From an uncultured Planctomycetia bacterium (GTDB lineage Bacteria; Omnitrophota; Gorgyraeia; 2-02-FULL-51-18): a stretch of DNA of 64,000 bases. Location of the stretch: contig CAZXLF010000004.1 in assembly GCA_964642015.1 (NCBI GenBank), positions 115,001-179,000 on the forward strand, in the 5' to 3' direction. Positions 19,908 to 28,556 of the stretch are shown here, one piece after another. How positions within the stretch are numbered: the first letter of the stretch is position 1; the number at the start of each line of letters is the position of its first letter. The position numbers and the translations under genes were made by a program. A model generated the notes under the pieces. That model had not been told where the DNA came from. It did not search any database and worked only from the letters and a program-made list of their open reading frames with translations.

Positions 19908-20381
19908 CTATTCTAATGTGGCCCTTAACATCCACGCCATTTTTTCATGTTTCTCCATTAAGCCCGTCAAAAAATCACTTGTACCTGCGTCGCCATATTT
20001 TTCGTTACAGGTCACAAGGTCCTCACGTAGGATATTGATGATCTCCTCATGGTCTTCAAGCAGCTTTAAAACCATCGCCTTTGAACTCGGATAATCCTTC
20101 GGAAATTCTTTGAGTCTCGCACACTTCAAGAACTCACCCATTGTTCCGATCGATCTTCCCCCTAACGCTCTTACTCTCTCGGCTGTATCATCGATAATAT
20201 CATTGAGCTCTTCGTACTGCGACTCAAAGAATTTATGAAGATCATGGAAATTGGGTCCGACGACATTCCAGTGGTAATTCCGCGTCTTGGCGTACAATAC
20301 ATACTCATCCGCCAAAAGCTGGTTCAGAATGTCGGCGGACCCTTCACGTTTCTTATCGGGAATTCCTATATCAGTTCTCAT
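19908..20381 (-). CDS. dps: Dps (DNA protection during starvation) ferritin-like protein
   Basis: 157 aa. LLADEYVLYAKTRNYHWNVVGPNFHDLHKFFESQYEEL is the Dps ferroxidase-site region. Confidence 0.85.
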   Translation of the reverse strand: MRTDIGIPDKKREGSADILNQLLADEYVLYAKTRNYHWNVVGPNFHDLHKFFESQYEELNDIIDDTAERVRALGGRSIGTMGEFLKCARLKEFPKDYPSSKAMVLKLLEDHEEIINILREDLVTCNEKYGDAGTSDFLTGLMEKHEKMAWMLRATLE

Positions 20382-20409
20382 TACCGCTCCTTTCTTAAAG
20401 CAGTTTTGA

Positions 20410-20868
20410 CTATTGGATCTGGATCTTCACTTCTCTCGGCTTGGCGGTCGCATCCTTCGGAAGATGGATCTCCACGACACCATCCTTGTAAGATGCCTTG
20501 ACGTCGGTCGCTCTCACCTTCGACGGTAGCTCCACTGCCCTGGAGAAAGTACCGTGAAATCTCTCGGCGTAGTAATAATCTTTGCCCTTTTTCTCCTGTT
20601 CTTCTTTTCTTTCGCCTTTGACGGTGAGAATATCATCCTGCACACTGATATTCAATTCGTCTTTTTTAATGCCCGGTATATCAGCGCGGACAATAACTTC
20701 ATCTTTTTCATCCTTCACGTCAATATCGGGAGCAAAAAAAGTCTCTTCGCCTTTTAACAAGTGTGATGATCTCAACGGCCTTTCCATTAACCTGTCCATC
20801 TCTTCCTGTAAATTCCTCAGCGTTCCAAACGGTTCCCACAAATCCCCTCTCCTGATCAAATGATTCAT
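20410..20868 (-). CDS. Hsp20/alpha-crystallin small heat-shock protein
   Basis: 152 aa. Alpha-crystallin domain (…FAPDIDVKDEKDEVIVRADIPGIKKDELNISVQDDILTVKGER…GTFSRAVELP). Confidence 0.85.
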   Translation of the reverse strand: MNHLIRRGDLWEPFGTLRNLQEEMDRLMERPLRSSHLLKGEETFFAPDIDVKDEKDEVIVRADIPGIKKDELNISVQDDILTVKGERKEEQEKKGKDYYYAERFHGTFSRAVELPSKVRATDVKASYKDGVVEIHLPKDATAKPREVKIQIQ

Positions 20869-20936
20869 GGCCTGGCCCTCCTTTTAGTTCTTAACTCTGA
20901 TCCGTAATTATTTTATCAAGCAATACGTCGCTGAAA

Positions 20937-20952
20937 CTGTGACAAGCGTCAC
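20937..20952. promoter_or_regulatory. CRP-type half-palindromic site TGTGA-N6-TCACT upstream of hsp20
   Basis: TGTGACAAGCGTCACT, centred ~76 nt upstream of the Hsp20 start. Same spacing as the site at 19811-19838. Confidence 0.4.
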
Positions 20953-20967
20953 TAAAAAACGAATTTT

Positions 20968-21432
20968 TTAGGACTTGGCTTCGAGAGAGATTATTTTGTA
21001 GAAAAGAGCTGCCTCAAGGATCATCAGGACTCCGCTGGCAAAGATCAATAAGAGTCCGAATAAAAAGATCGAGACTGTAAAATGAAGTGGCTGAAAAGAA
21101 GAATATATATTAGAGAATATCAATATCGAGGTCATTGTAAAACACAGGATGGCTCCGTAAGTAAGCACGATCGCATTTTTTACATAAGTGGCGCGCCGCA
21201 TGAGATTACTGACTTGGACAATCAGACTCGATAATCGTGCCTGTTCTGCCGGATCTTTCGAGTTCTTTTGTGACAATAAACGTTTTTCATGATTTAAAGA
21301 CCGGAAGCGGCTGGCAAGGTTCGAGAATTTGTTCTGAAAACCTAATAATAACAGCGCCGAGCTTGAAACCATCACCGCCGGCGAAAGCACATATTGGATC
21401 TCCTGGGCAATTTTTGTAATATCCATCGGCAA
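20968..21432 (-). CDS. small membrane protein (DUF2721-like)
   Basis: 154 aa. Two to three TM helices flanking a charged loop. Weak family call. Confidence 0.35.
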   Translation of the reverse strand: MPMDITKIAQEIQYVLSPAVMVSSSALLLLGFQNKFSNLASRFRSLNHEKRLLSQKNSKDPAEQARLSSLIVQVSNLMRRATYVKNAIVLTYGAILCFTMTSILIFSNIYSSFQPLHFTVSIFLFGLLLIFASGVLMILEAALFYKIISLEAKS

Positions 21433-21443
21433 TCATCTCCTCA

Positions 21444-22547
21444 TTAACTTAAGCGTTTGTGGAATTTACGGATGCTCACGGTCAGGATCAATACAGCCAT
21501 CGCCGTCAACGGCACGATTTGAGGCCAAAGATCGTTCAGACCCAAACCTTTTAAGATGATCCCGCGCGCGATGACGAGAAAATAAGTCAACGGGATCAGA
21601 TGTGTAATCTGGAAAATAAAAAATGGCATCGCTTCTCTCGGAAAAATAAAACCTGACAATAAGATCGACGGCGCAGCGAAAAACATGATGATCTGTGAAG
21701 CCTGTTGTTGATTTTCAGCGATCGTCGACGCAAAAAGCCCGAGGCCCAGGCATACCGTAATAAATAAGATAGTTAACCCAAATAGAGTAATGGGATTACC
21801 TCTCACCGGTACACGAAATAAAAAATGCGCTGCGCCGACGACCATGAGCGCTATAAAGATCCCGATAAAAACGTATGGGATCAGTTTTCCAAAGATCAGC
21901 TGGTAAGGTTTTATCGGCGTTACCAAAAGCTGCTCAATGTTGCCTCTTTCCTTTTCTCTGACGATAGCCGTTGCTGTGATCATAGGCACCAATAACTGCA
22001 ATAATAGCCCCACAAGGCCTGGTATCATGAAAAACGAGCTTTTAAGATCAGGGTTATACCAAAGCCGCGGCCTGTAGTCGATCGGCAGCACCTGAGCGGG
22101 GACCAGACGTTCCCGTTGAACAAACGACAGCACGATAGATTGTCCAGTGTTCATCGCAGTATTTGCAGGATTAGAATCCGTCCCATCGATCAGCAATTGA
22201 ATGGAGGCGCCGCGCGAAGCCATTAAATTTTTTGTAAAATCAGGCGGAATATGTATGCCAACCTTAGCTTTGCCTCGATCCAATAGTTTCCGCATTTCAG
22301 TCGGTGAAGCCGTATGATATTTCATATCGAAATAAGCGGATTGTTCAAACGCCGACACAAGACGCCGGCTGAGCGGAGTCTGGTCTTCATCATAAAGCAC
22401 GGTCGAAATATGCTTCACATCCGTGTTAATCGCATAACCATAGATCGAAAGCTGGATCAACGGCATCATGACGATCAGGATCAGCGTCCGTTTATCACGC
22501 AAAATATGGAGTATTTCTTTTTGAATGATCGCTTTAATTGTTTGCAA
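21444..22547 (-). CDS. ABC-2 type exporter permease
   Basis: 367 aa. N-terminal TM helix, large periplasmic loop, then 5 C-terminal TM helices. Overlaps the ATPase gene. Confidence 0.65.
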   Translation of the reverse strand: MQTIKAIIQKEILHILRDKRTLILIVMMPLIQLSIYGYAINTDVKHISTVLYDEDQTPLSRRLVSAFEQSAYFDMKYHTASPTEMRKLLDRGKAKVGIHIPPDFTKNLMASRGASIQLLIDGTDSNPANTAMNTGQSIVLSFVQRERLVPAQVLPIDYRPRLWYNPDLKSSFFMIPGLVGLLLQLLVPMITATAIVREKERGNIEQLLVTPIKPYQLIFGKLIPYVFIGIFIALMVVGAAHFLFRVPVRGNPITLFGLTILFITVCLGLGLFASTIAENQQQASQIIMFFAAPSILLSGFIFPREAMPFFIFQITHLIPLTYFLVIARGIILKGLGLNDLWPQIVPLTAMAVLILTVSIRKFHKRLS

Positions 22548-23475
22548 CGTTTGCTCCTTCCCCTTGCAAAGTAGCGAACACGTCTTCCAGCGATGCGGAT
22601 ATCGGTTTTATGGAAGTTACCGTAATGCTTTCGTTTTTCGCGATCTGCTTGAGCCTTTCATCGATCGAAACGTCGCTTTTAACATTTAAATGAAGAGTGG
22701 TCCCATAGGCTGTAATACCAATGACTCCCTGGATATTTTGAAAAGCACTTGACGCTTTCATCAGCGGCCTGCATTCTACTTCGAGCACTTTTTCGTGCAC
22801 CTGGGCTTTTAATTCATTCGGCTGGCCGATGCGCAGGATCCTGCCTTGGGCCATGATCACAATATTGTTGCACCGTTCTGCTTCTTCCATATAGTGCGTT
22901 GTGACAAAAAGCGCGATCCCTTCGTCCGCTAATTTATACAACAGCTCCCATAATGCCCGGCGCGATAACGGATCGATCCCGGCAGTCGGTTCATCCAAAA
23001 AAAGGATGCGCGGTTTATGAAGGATCGCGTTGGCGACCGCGAGGCGTTGCTTCCATCCTCCCGAAAGATTGCCGGCCATTTGAGTTTTGTACTGGTCCAG
23101 TCCGGTTAATTTCATGACCTCTTCAATACGGTCTTTTAAAGCAGTCGAATAAAGTCCGTACACACGGCCGTAAAACTCCAGGTTTTCTTTGACTGATAGA
23201 TCAGAATAGAGACTGAATTTTTGGGAAACGTATCCTATCGCTTGTTTGATCTTTTCGGGATCTTTATTCACATCAAAACCGGCAACGGTAGCGGTACCGC
23301 CTGTAGGTGCCAAGATCCCGCAAAGCATGCGGATCGTGGTGCTCTTTCCGGCTCCGTTGGCTCCAAGATAACCAAAGATCTCTCCATAGTGGATTGAAAA
23401 ACTGACTTTATCTACCGCCACGAGAGCACCGAATTTGCGCGTGAGATCTTTTACTTCTATCGCAATATCGTTCAT
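22534..23475 (-). CDS. ABC transporter ATP-binding protein
   Basis: Walker A GANGAGKST. Signature LSGGWKQRL. Walker B LFLDEPTAGID. Confidence 0.85.
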   Translation of the reverse strand: MNDIAIEVKDLTRKFGALVAVDKVSFSIHYGEIFGYLGANGAGKSTTIRMLCGILAPTGGTATVAGFDVNKDPEKIKQAIGYVSQKFSLYSDLSVKENLEFYGRVYGLYSTALKDRIEEVMKLTGLDQYKTQMAGNLSGGWKQRLAVANAILHKPRILFLDEPTAGIDPLSRRALWELLYKLADEGIALFVTTHYMEEAERCNNIVIMAQGRILRIGQPNELKAQVHEKVLEVECRPLMKASSAFQNIQGVIGITAYGTTLHLNVKSDVSIDERLKQIAKNESITVTSIKPISASLEDVFATLQGEGANVANN

Positions 23476-24167
23476 GGCTTCTCCCTAAGATCTAGCTGCA
23501 CATCCGCATTTACACCGGGGCGAAGATAATCCGCAAGTTCATCCAAAGTGATCTTGACAGCAAAGGTTTGCGTGATACGCTCTTCCTGCGTCTGAACATT
23601 CCGCGGCGTGAACTCCGCCCTCGGCGCTATGAAACTGACATGTGCTTTAAAACTCTTTTTGATGCCATCAACTTTAAGCGTCGCGAGCTGATCGAGGCGG
23701 ACGCGATTGATCAATCCTTCAGGTATGTAGATCTTGACCCAAAGCTTGGACCTGTCCCCGATATCAACGACAGTCGAGCCGGCAGACAAGACTTCACCTT
23801 CTTCTCGCACTTTGAGAAGCACAACTCCATCCACAGGAGAAATGATTTCCTGATCTTCTAGGGCAAGCTCGGCTTGTTCGAGAGCTTGTTTGGACGCGCC
23901 GCCATCATTAAAGATCTGTGACATTCTGTCGTAATCTTTTTTTGCCTGATCATAGCGGTCAAGCACAGCGATAAGCTCGCCTTTTTTGACGATCTGCCCT
24001 TCATCGACCATTAATTTCGAGAGCCGTCCGGCTACCCGCGCGCCGACAGAATGCTCCGTAAGCTCCAGAGTCCCTGAAAGGTCCAAATGATGGCTCTTCC
24101 ATAGGTCCACACCAATAGAAAAAAGGATAAATATTAAAATACCGAAAAGAAATACCTTCTTTTTCAT
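23472..24167 (-). CDS. HlyD-family periplasmic adaptor (membrane fusion protein)
   Basis: 231 aa. N-terminal anchor. Coiled-coil and beta-barrel pattern. Sits between the TolC-like and ABC genes. Confidence 0.7.
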   Translation of the reverse strand: MKKKVFLFGILIFILFSIGVDLWKSHHLDLSGTLELTEHSVGARVAGRLSKLMVDEGQIVKKGELIAVLDRYDQAKKDYDRMSQIFNDGGASKQALEQAELALEDQEIISPVDGVVLLKVREEGEVLSAGSTVVDIGDRSKLWVKIYIPEGLINRVRLDQLATLKVDGIKKSFKAHVSFIAPRAEFTPRNVQTQEERITQTFAVKITLDELADYLRPGVNADVQLDLREKP

Positions 24168-25498
24168 TTTTTCTCCAAGCTTTCCGATAATTTTTCCATC
24201 TGGCCAAGCGAATGCACAAAATAGACCTGCGCGGTCTGATACATTGCGAGCGTTTCCTCGCGCTCATCAGCAGCCTGCGCTTCTTGGACCATAGCAACGA
24301 TCAGATCCATTTGGCTTGCGCTGCCGTTTTCAAACCGATGCGTTAAAAGATCCAGCTGTTGTTTGTAAGCGGCAAGGTTATCTTCTTTGGCCTTCATCAT
24401 TTTCCGCGCGTCCTTAAGGGACTCTTTGGCGTCAAGAGCCGATATTTGTTTTTGATTGGAAGTGTCATCAAGGTTCACTTGAGCTTCGCGGGACTTGCTT
24501 TGGCTTTCAGCGACACGCGCATTTCTCTCTCCGCCATCGAATAGATCCCATGACGCTTCAAGTCCGTAGGAATAAGTCGCTTCAGATCGGCTGGGTTGAT
24601 CAGCGCTGGCACCGTAATCGGCCTTGCCGCTCAACTTGGGCAGATATTCCGCTTTCTCCGAAGCTTCAAGCGCTTTGGTTTCACGCAATTTTTGTTCGGC
24701 AAGTTCTACTTCCGGATGTCTACCTGACGATCTTAAGATCTCGTCCCGTGTGGGGAAAATAGACCTTAAAGACACCGCTTCGCCGGGAAAAGATAAGTTT
24801 TGATTTTCAGGCAGACCCAAAGCGGCTTTTAGATCCAATTGACTGCGGAGCAGTTTAGATTTTGAAGCATGCCACCGAGAACGCGCGTCAGAAAGTTCAG
24901 TCCTCGCGTTCTTCAGGTCCAGATCGGAACCGGTCCCTAATTTCAAATAAGTCTCGGCCAAGCGGAATTTTTCTCTGGAAAGCCACAGCACCACCTTCGA
25001 AAATTGAAATTCGCTTTCAGCCCTTCTCGCTTCGATATAAAAAGAAGCGGTCATCGCCAAAATATCCTCTTTCACTTTTCTTGCTTCGGCGGTGGAAACA
25101 TCCTGCGCGATCCCGGCTGCTTCAAGCCGTTTGATCACTGACGGATCAAAAAGGACCTGGGTAAGCTTCACTCTGGCGTCAAACACGTTGAAAGGCCCCG
25201 TGACCGATGGAGCACCAACGGCAGTCTTGAAACCAAAAGTCTCCAGATTCTCAGTCTTCCGTGTCTCAGATAAAGTAGTTGAGACTTGAGGAAACATGGT
25301 GGAACGTGTTTGATTCAAGCGTTCAACGGCCTGTTTCACTCTCTCGTTGGCCATGATAACCGCCGGACTTTTTTGGCCGGCCATTCTAAGCGCATCCTGG
25401 AAACTCAAAGGCAAAACGGGCTGAACCGCGTCCGCCATCGTAAGTGACGGCAGAAAAAAACATGCCAAAAATAATATAATGATTTTCCGAGCGGCCAT
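24164..25498 (-). CDS. TolC-family outer-membrane efflux protein
   Basis: 444 aa. Signal peptide. Two-fold repeated coiled-coil/beta architecture. Operon context with the HlyD and ABC genes. Confidence 0.7.
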   Translation of the reverse strand: MAARKIIILFLACFFLPSLTMADAVQPVLPLSFQDALRMAGQKSPAVIMANERVKQAVERLNQTRSTMFPQVSTTLSETRKTENLETFGFKTAVGAPSVTGPFNVFDARVKLTQVLFDPSVIKRLEAAGIAQDVSTAEARKVKEDILAMTASFYIEARRAESEFQFSKVVLWLSREKFRLAETYLKLGTGSDLDLKNARTELSDARSRWHASKSKLLRSQLDLKAALGLPENQNLSFPGEAVSLRSIFPTRDEILRSSGRHPEVELAEQKLRETKALEASEKAEYLPKLSGKADYGASADQPSRSEATYSYGLEASWDLFDGGERNARVAESQSKSREAQVNLDDTSNQKQISALDAKESLKDARKMMKAKEDNLAAYKQQLDLLTHRFENGSASQMDLIVAMVQEAQAADEREETLAMYQTAQVYFVHSLGQMEKLSESLEKK

Positions 25499-25502
25499 AT
25501 GT

Positions 25503-25949
25503 TTATAACGAGCTTTTAAGGTTTTCTTTGAGCTTGTTTATCACTCCGTAAAATGCTTTCAGTTCATGGGGCTCAAGCGAGCGCAGCACTTCTTCCCATC
25601 GCCGGCGCATGACCATCTGGAATTCCAGGATGAATTTGCGCCCTTTGGGAGTGAGTTCCAACCAAACTGAGCGCCTGTCAGATGGCTCACTGAAACGCCT
25701 GACATAACCAACAGACGCCAACCGGTCCGCAAATCCTGTCGCCGTCGGCATTTTGATCCTCATTGCCCTCGACAACTCGCTCATGCGGCAGCGGCCAACA
25801 GCGTGGATCGCCACGACCATAATGAACTGCGCCTGCGTGATCGGTCTTCCCGCAAAAAAATCAAGCTGCACGCCTCGAATAATATTCGGCATGAGCTCAG
25901 CTATCGAAAGGCTGACATCCGTTACGCGTAGAGAACTAATTTTGTTCAT
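25503..25949 (-). CDS. MarR-family transcriptional regulator
   Basis: 148 aa. Winged HTH (…CRMSELSRAMRIKMPTATGFADRLASVGYVRR…). Confidence 0.7.
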   Translation of the reverse strand: MNKISSLRVTDVSLSIAELMPNIIRGVQLDFFAGRPITQAQFIMVVAIHAVGRCRMSELSRAMRIKMPTATGFADRLASVGYVRRFSEPSDRRSVWLELTPKGRKFILEFQMVMRRRWEEVLRSLEPHELKAFYGVINKLKENLKSSL

Positions 25950-26034
25950 ATAGGCTAAATATTAGCATAAATGAATAAAATGTCAATAGATGATTTTTGG
26001 AATTTTATAAGCTATTAAAAAGCGTGGTGAGCGG

Positions 26035-26424
26035 TTAAGCCCGCTCGAGGAAATCGGTGATCATTTGACGGAGTTTGTCCATCAGCGGAAAAGGTTTTTC
26101 AAGAAATTCGACATGTCCCAATGACAACGCCTCATTGCGCTTCTCCTCATTGGCATAACCAGTCATGAACATGATCGGAAGGTTCGGATAAACAGCGCGG
26201 ATCGCTCTGGCGAATGCTACGCCGTCGCCACTGGGCATCACGATATCGGTGATCAACAGATCATAGCGAACTGAGCCCATGATGATCGCATTCAGCGCTT
26301 CCGCTGAGTTCTGAAAAAAATCGGTATTCAGTTTCATCTGCTTCATCATCGAGGAAAAAACTTTTAGAATCACTTTGTCATCATCTACAACGGCGATCTT
26401 CAACTTTGTCAGGTCTATAGCCAT
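26035..26424 (-). CDS. single-domain response regulator (receiver only)
   Basis: 129 aa. DD…D phospho-acceptor pattern (VVDDDKVI…LLITDIVMP…K). Confidence 0.75.
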   Translation of the reverse strand: MAIDLTKLKIAVVDDDKVILKVFSSMMKQMKLNTDFFQNSAEALNAIIMGSVRYDLLITDIVMPSGDGVAFARAIRAVYPNLPIMFMTGYANEEKRNEALSLGHVEFLEKPFPLMDKLRQMITDFLERA

Positions 26425-26462
26425 ATCATGATCTCCTTAAGTAATTTATTGGGCATCCCATG

Positions 26463-28097
26463 CTATTTGTTCAAAGTTTTAGCGATCACAGCTGCAAATG
26501 TTGATATCGCATACGGTTTAGTAAGATAAGCAAGTGCCCCGTCGTGCATGAGATCCTCGCTAGTTCCCTCGGAAGTATAACCGCTGGACACAACAATCTT
26601 CGCATTCGGATTCACTTCTAAAATTTTTCTCAAGGTTTCACGGCCGGTCAATTTCGGCATCGTCATATCAAGAACCACCAAACGGATCTTTTGGTAGTTA
26701 TCTTTATAAACCCGCACCGCCTCCATTCCGTCTTTAGCCATGATAACTTGGTAACCTAATTTTTCCAAAAAAAGGCGCCCGACATTGCGCACATTCTCCT
26801 CGTCATCAGCAAAAAGGATCAACCCTTCTCCGCGCGGCAAAGCGGATGTTTCTTGACTGGGCCGTTGCTCCACCTTAGCGTCTGGTTTAGCCGGCAAATA
26901 GATAGTAAATACGCTGCCTTTGTCTACTTCGCTGGCCACATCGATCCAACCTTTGTGAGCGGTCACAATATTCAGCGCCATGGCCAGACCCAATCCGCTG
27001 CCGCCTTCCTTTCTCTTCGTGGTATAAAACGGCTCGAAAATATGCGGGAGAACATCCGGAAGGATTCCGCTCCCCGTATCTTGCACGCGTATAAAAATGT
27101 AATGATTTGAATGAGAGTGGTGCTGAAGTTGCTCCGCGGTCAACTGAGCATTGCCGGCCTCGATCAAAAGCTGCCCGCCGGTAGATAACATCGCATCCTT
27201 GGCGTTTGTCACCAGATTCATCAGCACCGTCTCTATTTCGCCTTCATTGCCATAGACGGGCCATAAGTCGTCATCGATGTAAACAGCCATCTCTATGGTC
27301 TTTGGCAACACCGTCTGAAAAAGGGTCCGGGTCTCATTAAGGATATTCTGAAGCTTGATCATCGATTTTTGATGGGATGACGGCCGGCTGACATCCTTGA
27401 TCTTCTTGACGATATCGACACAACGTTGCGCAGCCTGTTGCGCTTCCACCAATATATCTATATCCACCTCCTGCGAATTATCTTTATGCTCTCTGATAAA
27501 AATATCCAAATAGCCCAGAACAGGTGTCATCTGATTGTTCAGATCATGGGCAATACCTCCCGCGAGGGTCCCGATAAGTTCCATTTTTTGCGCCTGCAAA
27601 AGCTGCGCTTCCAACTTCTTCTTTTCCGTGATATCCAGCTTGATACCGAGCAAGCTCAACACTTTACCTTCACCGCTCAAAATCGGAACGATCGTGGCAG
27701 ATTCCCAGTAGAAGGTCCCGTTTTTATGCTTATTGTGAAATTCTCCGCGCCATTCGCGGCCGTTCAAAACCGTATCCCACAACTCCTGGAATATGGCCTG
27801 CGGCATTTCTCCTGATTTTAAAATACGGGGATTTTTGCCAAGCACCTCTACTGCGGAATAACCGCTGACCTCCTCAAAATTCTTGTTAACAAATTGAATG
27901 TTCCCTTTGGGATCCGTGATCATAATGCTTGCCGGTGTCTGCTCAACGGCCGTGGACAAACGCTGTAATTCGTTTTCCGTCGCTTTGTGTTCCGCTGTGC
28001 GCCGAGAAAGTTGGGCCCGTAAAATGATGGTCCATGCTGTTAGCAAAACCAAAATGGCCGCAAAAACCAAGCAGATGACCCAAAAGAAAGCGCTCAT
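26463..28097 (-). CDS. hybrid sensor histidine kinase (TM, PAS, HisKA, HATPase, C-terminal receiver)
   Basis: H-box AHDLNNQMTPVLGY. G-box GSGLGLAMALNIV. C-terminal receiver ILFADDEENV…VLDMTMP. Confidence 0.85.
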   Translation of the reverse strand: MSAFFWVICLVFAAILVLLTAWTIILRAQLSRRTAEHKATENELQRLSTAVEQTPASIMITDPKGNIQFVNKNFEEVSGYSAVEVLGKNPRILKSGEMPQAIFQELWDTVLNGREWRGEFHNKHKNGTFYWESATIVPILSGEGKVLSLLGIKLDITEKKKLEAQLLQAQKMELIGTLAGGIAHDLNNQMTPVLGYLDIFIREHKDNSQEVDIDILVEAQQAAQRCVDIVKKIKDVSRPSSHQKSMIKLQNILNETRTLFQTVLPKTIEMAVYIDDDLWPVYGNEGEIETVLMNLVTNAKDAMLSTGGQLLIEAGNAQLTAEQLQHHSHSNHYIFIRVQDTGSGILPDVLPHIFEPFYTTKRKEGGSGLGLAMALNIVTAHKGWIDVASEVDKGSVFTIYLPAKPDAKVEQRPSQETSALPRGEGLILFADDEENVRNVGRLFLEKLGYQVIMAKDGMEAVRVYKDNYQKIRLVVLDMTMPKLTGRETLRKILEVNPNAKIVVSSGYTSEGTSEDLMHDGALAYLTKPYAISTFAAVIAKTLNK

Positions 28098-28483
28098 TGT
28101 GAATGTCCGGGAAATTGGAGCAGAAGAATATTTCTCAAATAATCGAAATCGATCGGCTTAGTCACATAACCCCACGCGCCGAGATCGAACGCACGCCTAC
28201 CCTCTTCCTCATCGTGGCGACCTGTCACAATGATCACAGGTAAACCTGGTCTTACGGATTTAATTTTCTTTAGAATTTCCAGACCGCTCATATCAGGCAA
28301 GCCTAGATCGCAAAGGACAACAGAAACGCTTGTTTTTTTGATCCTTTCAAGCGCAGCGTTGCCAGTCGCTTCACCAATAACAGCATAACCCTCTGTCTCA
28401 AGATTCAATTTGATCAAATGAACTATAGAAGGCTCATCTTCAACAACTAAAATAACTATTGGGAAGGGCTTTTCTTGTGGCAT
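28094..28483 (-). CDS. single-domain response regulator (receiver only)
   Basis: 129 aa. VVEDEPSI…VLCDLGLPDMSG…K pattern. Confidence 0.75.
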   Translation of the reverse strand: MPQEKPFPIVILVVEDEPSIVHLIKLNLETEGYAVIGEATGNAALERIKKTSVSVVLCDLGLPDMSGLEILKKIKSVRPGLPVIIVTGRHDEEEGRRAFDLGAWGYVTKPIDFDYLRNILLLQFPGHSQ

Positions 28484-28556
28484 GAAAGCCTTGGCTAAAA
28501 TTATATATAAATATATAATAATTATACATCTTTATATATTTCTGTCAAAAAATAAC

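Noticed and set aside
20952-20975. AAAAAACGAATTTTTT A/T palindrome after the hsp20-upstream CRP-like site as a terminator
   Set aside because: There is no GC-rich stem, only an A-tract/T-tract symmetry. It is more likely part of promoter curvature than an intrinsic terminator.
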